NCBI GenBank assembly: GCA_037447605.1 | Contig: CM074810.1 | Coordinates: forward strand, 964,880-1,028,879 | Direction of reading: 5' to 3' | Source of the DNA: Zygnema circumcarinatum SAG 698-1b | Lineage: Eukaryota > Plantae > Zygnematophyceae | Length of the DNA stretch: 64,000 bases | Part shown: positions 27,247 through 38,672 of the stretch, piece after piece | Layout: each line of letters starts with the position of its first letter | Numbering within the stretch: the stretch's first letter is position 1 | Position numbers and translations under genes: made by a program | The notes under the pieces: generated by a model | Seen by the model: the letters and a program-made list of their open reading frames with translations, nothing else | Database searches by the model: none | What the model was told of the DNA's origin: nothing

Positions 27247-27576
27247 TAATATCTAAACGTTTCAGAGTTTTAAAACACTTTTAGAATAGCGTAACACCAT
27301 TGAAAACACCCGCCAATTGCGCTCGCGTTGACCGTACAGTTAAATCGTACGACCGTACATTCGAAACACATCAGCCATTCTAAAAGTGTTTTGTAAAACG
27401 ACCTGACTTTTAAAACTTTTGATTGGAATTCTAAGGAGAATGCTACTGCACCCCCCTATTTTTCTAATTCACGACACTGCCTGCCTGCCTGCCTGCCTGC
27501 CGTTTCCTGCCTACACTGCGTTCCAATGTACAGTACAGAACAAGGCCGCGCCGTACGGACGTGTCCTCGTCCGGTT

Positions 27577-28078
27577 CATCATGCATCATGGCATGCATGG
27601 GTGGTCGTGGCATGCATGATAGCATGCATGGGTGGTCATCGCATGCATGAAGACATGCATGCATGATGGCATGTATGGGTGGTCATAGCATGCGTGATGG
27701 CATGCATGGGTGTTCGTGGCAAGCATGGGTGGTCATGGCATGCATGGGTGGTCGTGGCATGCATGGGTGGTCATGGCATGCATGATGGTATGCATGGGTG
27801 GTCATGGCATGCATGATGGTATGCATGGGTGGTCGTGGCATGCATGATGGTATGCATGGGTGGTCGTGGCATGCATGATGGCATGCATGGGTGGTCATGG
27901 CATGAATTAATGGCCGTGGTATGCATGGGTGGCCATGGCATGCAGGTGGTCATCATGCATGCATGGGTGGTCATCATGCATGCATGGGTGGTCATCATGC
28001 ATGCGTGCCTGGCATGCATGCGTGGTCATGGCATGCATGCATGGCGGATGAATGGGCCGCATGGTCATGCATGGTCGT
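27577..28078. repeat. CATGCATG-rich minisatellite (19-bp GGCATGCATGGGTGGTCRT and 12-bp GGCATGCATGAT units)
   Basis: Directly visible tandem array with interleaved 19- and 12-bp units. Confidence 0.95.
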
Positions 28079-29361
28079 GTCAGGACAAAAAAAGCGCCGT
28101 CCCGTCCCAGCCCGTCCCGTCCCGTCCCGGCCTGTGTCCTGTCAGCCCCTCTCTCCACTATGGCCGCGCCCCCCGCCCGCACTGCCTCCTGCTCCCGCAC
28201 TTGACTCGACTGTGGGGAGGAGGAGGGGGGAGGGGAGGAAGGAGTCTTGTTGAGGAGCTGGAATGCCGCCATGCGTTGTTGCGGGGAGCTTAGTGCTGGT
28301 GCAAGAGTCTGGACGGCTTGATGAAGGATGCAGGGATCAGAGGCGCATTGAGGATGCTTTGGGGGGGAGACCGTGGCTCTTTTCGGAACGCATGTAGCAG
28401 ATGCAGGACGAATGATTGAAAGCGTTTCGTGACAAACAGTGGTTTTGTAGTTCGGGTTTCAAGAGCTTTAAAAGGTTCAATATGGCGAGGCCGAGGCGAA
28501 ATAAGGCTATTTTTAGTTCCCCGGGACAGGAGCCTTTTCGCATAAATGCAACATCCGCTCGATTGGATGGACGAATGGAGGCCAGGACTGCTGATGAGCT
28601 GCCTTTGTTTAGCAATATGCTCAATCACGCAGATGGGAGTAACTTCTTGTTATCCTCTGGAGAGCCACTTGATGCAGGTATCATTTGTTCCCGTTTACAT
28701 TTTCACTCTGGATGTAAATATATTTTAAAGAACGAGGGCTGGAAATAACATTATTACCTACTGATAAATGTGTGTATTTTCGCCAACGCTGCTCTTTCCC
28801 TACAAAAACCTCTTACAAAATAGGATGAGCAGTCGAGGCTTCACTTTTGCACAGGTCGAAACTAAGGCGCTCTGGGTGGGAGACTACCAAGCAGAACTAA
28901 GCGTTGTAGGTCAATACGTGAGCCGGAATGCAGAACATTGCAGCTAAGACATTCTATTATGACCGTAGCGTGTAATCACTTTACATTCGTATTCTTCTTA
29001 GTTTAATCGCTGCTGTGCCGTTTTTTTGCCTCCCATGGTCTTTCTTACGAAAGGAGAACGTGCCGGAGGCTTTTGTCTGTAATCATCATGAATGAATAGA
29101 CTCCTGTTCCACGTCCTTTGTATTTAACATGGCCTCTAGACACCGAGCATTTGAGCATTATGACTTGCATCATGACACGATCGTCCAAATCAGCAGATTT
29201 AGCACGTTTTGGAGGGGTAGCCTGTACTAGCACCTGGACGAGTATAGTTTTGGTGTCAGAGGGTTTGACTGTGATTGCAAGTTCTCAGTCAATTTATGAC
29301 TGAATTCCATTTACGGAGTTCTGCTGATATCTTCCTCTCTTCTCTATCCACAGACCATCTC

Positions 29362-32300
29362 ATGGAGGTGGACGACGGCAGGCCGACGCCAGAGCTTCCA
29401 GGTACATTTAGGCACAAGTCTAATATAGGGCACTTTGCCCGGTTCGTACTTTTTTTTTGTTTTACACTTTAGCCAGTCGTGAAGTAATGAAAGCATCCAG
29501 TCGGTGAAGTCATAAAAAATGATCAGTACTATTGCGGAGTTGATACAATGTCGATGGTTAATCGGGGGAATCCAGCAAGGTCTTACTGAAGTGTGTTGTG
29601 ATATTCACTCGATCAAACCATAGGAAATGTTGGCAAGTTATTGTCCTTAACATATCATAAGGTAGGAGTATAAGTTCAATTTAAAAAGGTCAACAAGATC
29701 CAAATAATGTTACGGCTTTCGTGGAGGTAAAGGTCAAACTGCCTATACCTATCAATGGTGTAGGAAATGTTGGCGGAAACCACAGTTATTGCAGCATGAG
29801 CAGTACATGAAATGCAAGGGTTGACCTCATCTACAAATGCTTGAGAGTGATTGCAGTTTGCACTGTCGATTGATGTCCTGATTAACAATCACAACGATTG
29901 ACGAGATTTTATTCATGTACTGGAACGAGGGAAAGACAGGAGGCTATCAAATGCACTGGCTCCGTCTGAAGAAGCATACACTATGCATTCTGCATATCGA
30001 GCACGCTGATTCAGGATGGATTTTACCAATCTCTCGTACAGTGTCAGGTCAATCATCATCCTAGCAGCGTCAAATACAGCATTAAGGCAGGGTGCTTTTG
30101 CACTTGGAACTGTAACAGGCTTGGAAAGGGAGACTGCTTCTCACGAGGGTGAAGAGGGTTTGTGGAGTTGGATCAGAAGTGACGGCTGAACCTGTTTGGC
30201 GTAGTAGCAATGGCACGCTTACAGCTGTGGCCACAGCAGAGTCTAGCCGCTTTGGGAGGGACGAGATGCAGAGCTGTCTGGAGTATACACGGCAGCATGA
30301 TCTTCTGCTAGCAGAAGTCGAGAAGGACGATGACCAATGGTGAGTGGTATCGTCAATGGAAGGCAGTGACATTTTGCATATTTGAGTTGGCCCTCGGATT
30401 TTGTTGACAAACAATGTATGCAGTAGTGATAGAATGTGAAAAAAGGAGAAGGTAGCAGAAGAGCGTCTTCACGCAATCTAGGCCATATCTGCCAGCAGGA
30501 GTGCAGGTGGTTAATGCAGCTTGACAGTCATGTCTATGGGAAGCACTTTTCAGGATGCTATTTGTGTTTCTCCAGGTCGTGAAAGCCAACCAACCATCTA
30601 AATGTTGAATGGAGTGAGGGTTCAGGCTGTATATGCCGGCAGGCTTGGAGACAGAGAGAGGCGAAGAAGCTTTGCACGTCGCCAGCGCAGAAATAAGTCA
30701 GCTACATGAGGTGCGGGAGGCTCCCAACTTAAAGAAGATTGAGTGGGCTTTGTTTTTCTGACCTGTGATAAGTTTTTTCTTTATGATTTTTCACTCTGAT
30801 TCCACTGAAACCAACTACTGGGGAAGATTGACAGGATTAGTTAAATTGAGATCGACAGGGACCTCTTGTTTGCATCTTGCCACTGCAGCAAGTAACAATC
30901 GACAACAGACAGTCGTTTGCTCTTGAGCTTGAGATTGCCAACGGAGAATTACTGACATTAGTTTTTCGTTCCTTGTCTAATACTTTCTTTCAGAGACGAG
31001 CCAGTACACTCCATGCATCCTCTCAACGAGATCGTGTAAGGTGGCATAATAACAGTGAAAACCGAAGAAATTCCCAGAGGGCCATGTCTCCTGATTCCAG
31101 TCTTTCAGATGGGCCTTCAGGAGGACGTTTGACCCTCCATACGGCTTTCACATCTGAACCTCTGGAATTGGAGTCAAGAAATGGCAATGCTGAGGGAGGC
31201 GCAGGATCATTCTCAGACAGGGTGCGCACTTCGTCATTGAGGCAGAGATTGAGTGCGTCAGCATCTTTTAAATCTCCTTCTCAAGAAGTTGGTAATGTTC
31301 CTTTGGGATCAAGAAATGCGTTTACCCCAGAGTTACGGTTACAACCACCATCACTGCGGCGGGCCGGACGAGCCGGCCATTCACAAAAACCTGTCACTGC
31401 CTCTGAAAGAATTCTGACATCCAGCATTGTAATTCCACCGTCCTCTATGGACCGAAACTCGGCCATGCCTTCCTCGCCTGCTTTGAAAAGATCTGGTAGT
31501 CTTGAGTCTGTTCTTCCCCCAGCCTTGCACGTGGCTACTTTATCACGACGGTATTCATCCGAAGAAGTGCTAATTCACAAGGGAGGCCAATCACTTCTTT
31601 CCAGCCGCAACTCTTCCAGTGTGGCATATCCTATAGCAGGTAGTTCAGTAACTGTTAATCTCCCTCTGCCTCTCTTATCTGATGAGACACCATCAAATCT
31701 TCGGACTACCCGTCCTGAAACAATGGTTAGTGTGCAAGATGCGAGAAGAAGAAGCATCGGGGGTAGTAAAAGTGGGAGCATGACTTCACGACCCTTACCC
31801 AGCCGACGGGTACGCAAAGGACGATCAACCCCCATTAGAGGATGGGGGCAGTCGGAAGGCCATACTTCGACAAGTGGTAGCATGATAATGCCCACTGCAA
31901 GGCATCGTGGATCAGGCGATGCTTCTTCAGGTTTCAATAGTTCCTCATTCCGTGCCCTTCGCTTCCACGAGGTATTTGAAATTGGACCTTGCTTATCTTT
32001 GCTGCAAGTGTAGGGGAATTTGGTAGAGTCATGATTCATGCATAAATAATGGAACGCACTTAGCAACTGACAGCTGTGTATTTTGTTGTTTTTAGGTGTG
32101 GATAATCCTGTGGAGGATTGTCATTGATGCGTGCCATGGCATGAGCTTTTGTTGCTCAACAACTTGCTGTTGAAGATAGTCTTATCTGCTTGTCACGTTT
32201 ATCCTTTACAGGTTACCAGTGTTCTCAATCTCAAGTCACCAGGGGTTGCCACTTCCTCGGCCCCCGCTGCTTTGCAGCAAGCAGAAGGGCTGCACTCTCC

Positions 32301-35300
32301 CCATGGGATAAGAAGTGGGGGGAGGAATGCTCTTGCCTCTATCGACATGTTGGCTAATGGAAAGAATCCGAGGGGAGCTGCAACGGGTTCGCCTGGGAGC
32401 ACAATTTTTGTTTCTGCCCACGAAGAGGAGGAAGTTAGTTCAGTCGCAGCACCATGCCTGGGAAGTATTGCAAGAGTGAGGACGTCTACAGAGGAAGGAG
32501 TTAACAACATTGGTGAAAGTGAGGCAGTTGGGCCTGTTGAGGGGAGGAGAACTGCTCCTCTCATGAACCATTTGGAGGACAAGCTCAATCAAGGGAGTAC
32601 GCAATCAGGGCCTAAAATGAAGCGCATACGAAGTTTGCATAGAGTCACCGATTCCCAGGCGAGGGGAAGTTCTGAGAAGTGGCTAGGCATGGAGGAAGGT
32701 TCAACTCGTTCGAGAAGCAGCAGTACTCCGGTGAGTGGACAAGTCAGCCTATGAAACAGCGATTTTGACAATGCGGAAATAGATTTGGTTTAAAGTCCTG
32801 TTTGTCTCGGTCTCAGAGTATACCACTGCTTGTTGTGCATACTAGTTCTTCACTGGGATGTCAAACCCAGTGAAGTGGATTCTGCTGCTATTGACGAAAT
32901 GTTAGTCAATTGGCCTGCCTGATATGGCTTGCCGGCATATCGCTGAAATTCCTCAATCTTAGTATACATAGTTCTTGAAATCTGTTCTCTCAAAACTTAG
33001 ACAATGCTGTCTAATTCAGGGAGGATTATTGGATGCAGAGGCGGAGTTCTGGTATGCGTTTGTTAGCTTCGCCAGTGACAACAGGACTTGGGCACGAGGA
33101 GGAGGTGAGCAGGTATTATGGAAGTTTCTCATCGAGCTGCAAAGGAGGAGATGGGCCTGGGAGTTCGGATGAGGGTTCGCTTCCAGGGGCTGATGAGAGC
33201 GATGCAGGGGACATGAAGGAGGCGGAGGAAAGGCGGCTAATTGAAGAAGAAGACGAGGAAGAGGGTGCACTTGCAGATGTGGAAGCTGACTCGGATACAC
33301 ATCCTGAAAGGGGGGAGATTTGGACAGCCGATATGGGACGAGGGAATGACGATGTTGAAAGGGTGAGCTGCACCATCCGACCGGAAAATTATGGGCGACT
33401 TTGCACTTGTGCATGTGGACTGTAAGTTGCTTTTAGTCGTCCACTAAACTTCTTATTGCTGGCGGTGTTTTATTCGCTTCTTTTTCACCGTTGTGGATGA
33501 ACAGGACGATGGCTCTGCAGCTGCCCGAGAACCTGTGGGGCCGCTTCTGGCCATTCAAACAGCGGAAAATGAAGAATCAATCACTTCAAATGCCACTGTT
33601 GAGCTGTTTGAGCCCGTGAGACCAAGGCGGAAACCTACAGGTCAAGATACTGCCATGGAGTTAAGCACTGACTCTGGGATGGAGGAGGAAAACTCTCTCA
33701 GCAAACCGTCACATGAGGCCATGAGGGAGGGTGATAGTGAAGCCGCGGAGGGTCGAGATGCTATGACGGGTGGTCTTCTTGGTTCTTCGAAAGTCTTTGC
33801 CGGCAGAGAAGTATTGTTGGAAGCTGGGAAAGCCGAGTCGCCAACTAATGACATGATGAAATCTTCTCAATATGGAAACAAGGGAGTGGAAGGTGAGCAA
33901 GAAGACTCTGAAAAGGAGAAAGTTGAGGCTGCTGAGCCTGGGACACAAAGCACAGAAAGGGAGACCGACAGTTCGTGCTTGGATGAGACTCGGTTAAAGA
34001 GGCCATATGTCGAGAGAGGGTTTTTAACACGGGAAGGAAGTGGAGAGGAGCCGGGAGATAGTAGTGCTTGTAGTCCAAGTATGGAGGAGGGCAAGCTGTT
34101 TGGCGTGCTGGTGGAAGATGTGAAGGTAAGCTTACAGACTACAGATTTGCCCTCTCCTCGTTTCCCAGGAGTGGATTGAAGTGTGGGTCGTGTGTGACCA
34201 AATGCTTTATGTTCAACACGATGGATGAAGTGACTGCCTCTTCTTGTGGGGTTGGCTTCTTGGGTCTGCACCTTTTCCCACTGTATGACACCCTTCCTGT
34301 CTGACTATTGTCAATCTTTTCGATTCGTTCAGGCACAGATAGAGGGTTGGAAGATGGAGGATGCGGCGAATCAACAGCTGGTGGATTCTTCTGCATCTGA
34401 AGTCGATGCAGACCGTTTGATTGCTAGCCATGAGCTGCGGCAAAGTGGCAGTGATCAGGTTGGTCGATCCCGCGATGACAAGGGGTTGCTTAGAGGGGAC
34501 ATAAAGCAGTTGGAAAGTGAGCAACCCAGCCTATCTACTGGCAGAGAGGTCGATGGTGTGTTCTGGGAAGCGCAGGAAGTCCATTCAATAGCAGGGGGAG
34601 CGGCTGTAGTGAACCGAGTAGAGCCTAGGACAGAGTCAGAAGGTGCGGGTTGTAGGTCGGTCGAACATGATCACAGTTGGGACGAAAATGGTCAGAGGAC
34701 TGAGAGTTCGCAGAAGGAAGTCAATGGAGGGGCTTCCCTGGGGCAACAGACAACCACAGAAGACGTGAATATCGAGAGGGAAGATTTTAGAACAGAGGTG
34801 CAAGATAGTACAATTGGGTCAGACTCGATATTGGACAGAACTGCTGGGGAAGCAACAGTGGCAAACTCTGTCAGTGGGTCTCCAACAGAGGCTGTAACAG
34901 CAGGGGGTTGGGAAAATGGCGAAGCAGGTGCCACACAGTTAGTCCCGAAACGGGGACCGTCGATTGCAAAACCTTCTATAAGGACTTACAAAGCTGTTCC
35001 TGTGGGTGTGCGACTTGTAAGCAGCGGTTTTTCCAGTTATGCAGAGCAATTGAGGAAATTGGCCATGGGGGGCACCTTGTCTGCCGGCACTGCCTCGAGT
35101 AGACCAGGGAGCAGTGCAAAGTCCAATTCCTCTGATCCATATGAATGGGAGCGAAGCAGCTCTATTGGTAGGTTTTTTTTTTCTTTTTCTCTTTTTTTCA
35201 AAGGTCAGGAGAGAGGCACGAAAAGAGCTCTACGTAGTCGTGTTGATGGCCGATTCTAAGTCCAAGTAAGATTCCAAGTCTATTTGCAAAGAATTTGAAG

Positions 35301-36337
35301 CATTACGCGTGGACGGATACGCTGGAAACGCCGTTGATTCGCGCAGTAGGCTAAGGGCCCATACGAGAGAACCACGTGATTGTTGCACACCCTCGTCACA
35401 GCATGATTGCACCTTTGGAAAGAAGTTACGGCCTAGTTTGCAATGCACTATTTGGAGGTCAGAACAAAGGGAAGTTCTGTAGCATATTTTGCTCCAGTAT
35501 TCATCTTATAGATTGTCGAACCCCAATGCTTATGCTAAGCTGTTAGAAGGCTACTAATGCCGTGGCAGGTCAAAACGCAGCGACTTGCTGCGCGGGTGAT
35601 GCTACATTGTTGAATTGCAAATGAAAGTCGGAAAGGACTTTTTTCTGACATGATTTTGCTGTTTCTTGCAGTTGATAGTGACATCAGCACACCTTCGACG
35701 CTGCCATCACGAAATATGGGTTCAGAAGACGTTATGGATCTTGATGACTTCATGAATGGGCAAATGGAGACAATGGACGAGGATGGACGCAAGGTTTGGA
35801 CGCCAATGCAGAAGATTGCTGAAAAGAAACGACCTTTGAGAATTCCACTTGAACCAGGAGCACAATCTCCCTATCTAGCTGACCCCAATTTAGATACAAC
35901 GGCTGCTTCTTTGACGAAAGTCGGTATGCGGGAAGGCGACAATCTGGAACAGTCAGCGAAGGGGAATGGGGACGACATGACCGGGAAGTCAAGGGAGCAG
36001 GAAGCCCAACCGGCATGTGGATGTACAATATTATGATGTCAACAAAGACCTGGATACTTACACCGACTAGTCACGGTTACCCGCTTCCCTTTCACTGACA
36101 ATGCAAAGCCTTTGCGTCACGCAACCTCAACTCTTTTCCCATGTACTCAGATATCAACCCTTCTCCCCTGCCCCTCCTTTCTCTCAGAGGCTCATGTACA
36201 CCTCAGATTTGTCTGTGATCTACTGCAATTAGTATTATTCTTCCAAAGCGCCTCCGCCGCTTGTTGAAGACCTGTGTTGGCGGCCTCCCTATGGAGAGAC
36301 TGCGTACGGAATTGATGCTGCATTGCCTTTTCCGTAA
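29362..36337 (+). CDS. Large multi-exon, Ser/Glu-rich, probably intrinsically disordered protein of unknown family; both ends uncertain
   Basis: Chain of long open exons with phase-compatible GT-AG junctions where I checked them (MEVDDGRPTPELP|EVTAEPVW..DDDQW|LYMPAGL..QLHE|RRASTLH..; further exons in ORFs 32131, 33033, 33493, 34246, 35650). No domain recognised. Confidence 0.65.
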
Positions 36338-37901
36338 TTCCTTATCTGTCACTGAACCTACTGACAAGGAGCTGGTAGTTAGGCTGCAAGGAGTGTGTTT
36401 CCTTTCTATTTCTCCAAAGGGGCAGCTGAACCAATGGGCGCCGTGAGGACGCTGCTGCAGTGTGGACGCATGCACGAGCCATGCGCTGCACTGCCTCTTT
36501 CCTTGCTGTAGGGTGCGCCGAGGCTGCCTGTGGAGATTTGTTTGTACATAGTATTATTTTCGAAAACAAAACAAGGGAGGTGAGCAGTGCAAAAGTTGGG
36601 AAGGAGCGTTGGTGTGGACGGGTGGGAGGGGGTTCCCTGTGAGGAGAGATGTCTCTATCGCCTGTGGGCTGGCTCGCTGTTTCAGAGTGGCCTAAATGTT
36701 GCGTCCGTGTAAGCAAGGCGCTTACCTTATAATACGTGTCATAATTTTTTTCCTTTTGCTGCGCGCTCATTACTTCTTGAGCCAAAAAACTAGAAATGTA
36801 TTTGCATTGCTTGGGGCATGTGAACGAATCCTCCTGCCTTCCCTGCCCCTCAGTGCGCTTCCCAAACCTACATACATCGCACATGTAATCAGCGTATCAT
36901 CGTTTGTTCTGTCAATTCTTTGGGTTTTAAAGGTCACTACTCCGTCCTGGATTCTATCCAACGGCCATGGAAAAGTTTGCCACTGTGCAGAGGTTTGTTT
37001 GACAGATTGATGGGGTCCCAATTGCATCTAGAAGGCAGGTCCAGACTAGCACTTCACATTTCTTGCGCACTTTGTACAACTTCGTAAAAAAAATAGGAAA
37101 ATTCTATTCTCACACCTATTTTGTCTACACACAGACCTTTTTTCGCCGGGCAGGTTGCAAGTCAAAGTCTAGGTAGGGAAGAATATAATGGAACAATATA
37201 CATAAAGTATAGAGCCTAATACTTACTGTTAGTGTTAGATCTCCTTCTAGATCTTCCTTCATTTCAAAGAAAGTAGTGTATGTAAAGGGATAAAGTACCC
37301 ACTGCAATTCTTTGGTGAAATCTCTGCAGCTTAAAACTCCATTAAAAATAATTATGGATGGTTACAAATGATAGGTTTGGCACTCAGCCTTACTCTATCA
37401 TCTAAACCCATCCTTTCAATACACAAAGCTAACCTAGTTCTCACTTTCTCTACTCAGCCTACACAAGGCCTGTTTACACACAACAATAGAGACAAATATA
37501 ATATTGGTTATAATAATATGATATGAGTAAAAATTCTGTTGAGTCATTTTCAAGGAAAAATAAAACAAGGAATCATTCAGGCCAGACATTGAGTCACAAA
37601 TTAATCAGCTTCCAATGGCTGTCTGCTCAGAATTTTCAAAATGTTACTAGTTAAGGGTAATGACATATCCCTGAACATTGCCAACAGCGGCAAGAGAGCT
37701 TGGTGCTTTCGGGTGTTACATTGGTATCAGAAACGCGTTTTTTTTTTGGGCAAACAACTTGAATTTGTCATTCGAATGTAATAAATCTAAGACACAAAAG
37801 GACATTTCCTTAACGAGCTAATGCTACCACAATCCCTCTCATTTCTCTCGGTTCAACTCCCTTATATTTTGCTTGCTGACTGCCTCCGTAAATTTGATTT
37901 G

Positions 37902-38343
37902 CCTATATAGGTGGTATCGTGGTTTGTGGCCGGTTCTTTCAACCTCTATAATCACCTCCAAAACGGTAACCGGACCTCGCAGCACCATAATCTCCTCCTT
38001 CCTTTTGTTGTAACATTTCTGTAGATGCACCTGCAAAGACAGAGGCGGCAGTTCAATTCAGGTCATCCAATTCTACTGTTTTAGTATAGCAGAATATGCA
38101 AAGTTGCAATTGAATTACTTTGGCAAAGTGACGAAGTAGTATCAGAATATTAACTGATTGTCCATCGCTGCGGACTTACAATCTGACCATCAATTGAATG
38201 TTGGTCTTGGAAAATCCGCTCGCATACGGCAGGATCCTCAAAGGTAGCATATCCAATTCCACAAAAATTACCAGTATATTTGTGCTGAATGTAAACCCCA
38301 TCCAGAATGGCGCCATACTTGCCAAAATACCTTATTAGGTTTC
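37902..38343 (-). pseudogene. Decayed hnRNP/Musashi-like RRM gene (RRM core exon plus Gly-rich last exon); 5' part missing
   Basis: Exon 38343-38180 reads NLIRYFGKYGAILDGVYIQHKYTGNFCGIGYATFEDPAVCERIFQDQHSIDGQI, with an RNP1-like CGIGYATF. The next exon (from 38030) starts VHLQKCYNK and needs a frameshift to reach GGDYGAARSGYRFGGDYRG*, which has a premature stop. Confidence 0.72.
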
Positions 38344-38497
38344 CTGCTCAAAGAAACATTAAAGAAATAGTCAGATAATTATTTAGATTGATCCCAGAGA
38401 CTTCAGTCTAGCTCTAGAATTTCTCCAATTTTTCCCAACATTCAAAAAACATAGACAAAACAATTTATTCATACAAAATTTGTAAACGCACTTGTTG

Positions 38498-38605
38498 GGA
38501 GGAGATTACGGTGCTGCGAAGCCCGGTTACCGTTCTGGAGGTGGTTATGGAGGCCGAAAGAACCGGCCATAAACCACAAAATGACGATACCACCCATATG
38601 GGTGA
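38498..38605 (+). pseudogene. Inverted second copy of the RRM gene's last exon
   Basis: Aligns to the reverse complement of 37902-37998 with 11 mismatches and one 8-nt indel. Reads GGDYGAAKPGYRSGGGYGGRKNRP*TTK*RYHPYG*. Confidence 0.85.
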
Positions 38606-38672
38606 TTTGTTGTCAACACTGCACCGCCACAACCTCCCTATGCACCTGCCCATCGTAGTGCCCTATCCCACC

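Noticed and set aside
27464-28293. His/Cys/Met-rich ORFs resembling metal-binding proteins
   Set aside because: They arise in many frames on both strands because the CATG satellite is nearly stop-free.
36261-36446. RLRRLLKTCVGGLPMERLRTEL loosely resembles the start of a LOTUS/OST-HTH domain
   Set aside because: The similarity fades after about 20 residues, there is an in-frame stop just upstream, and another frame has a plausible acceptor. Unresolved without transcripts.
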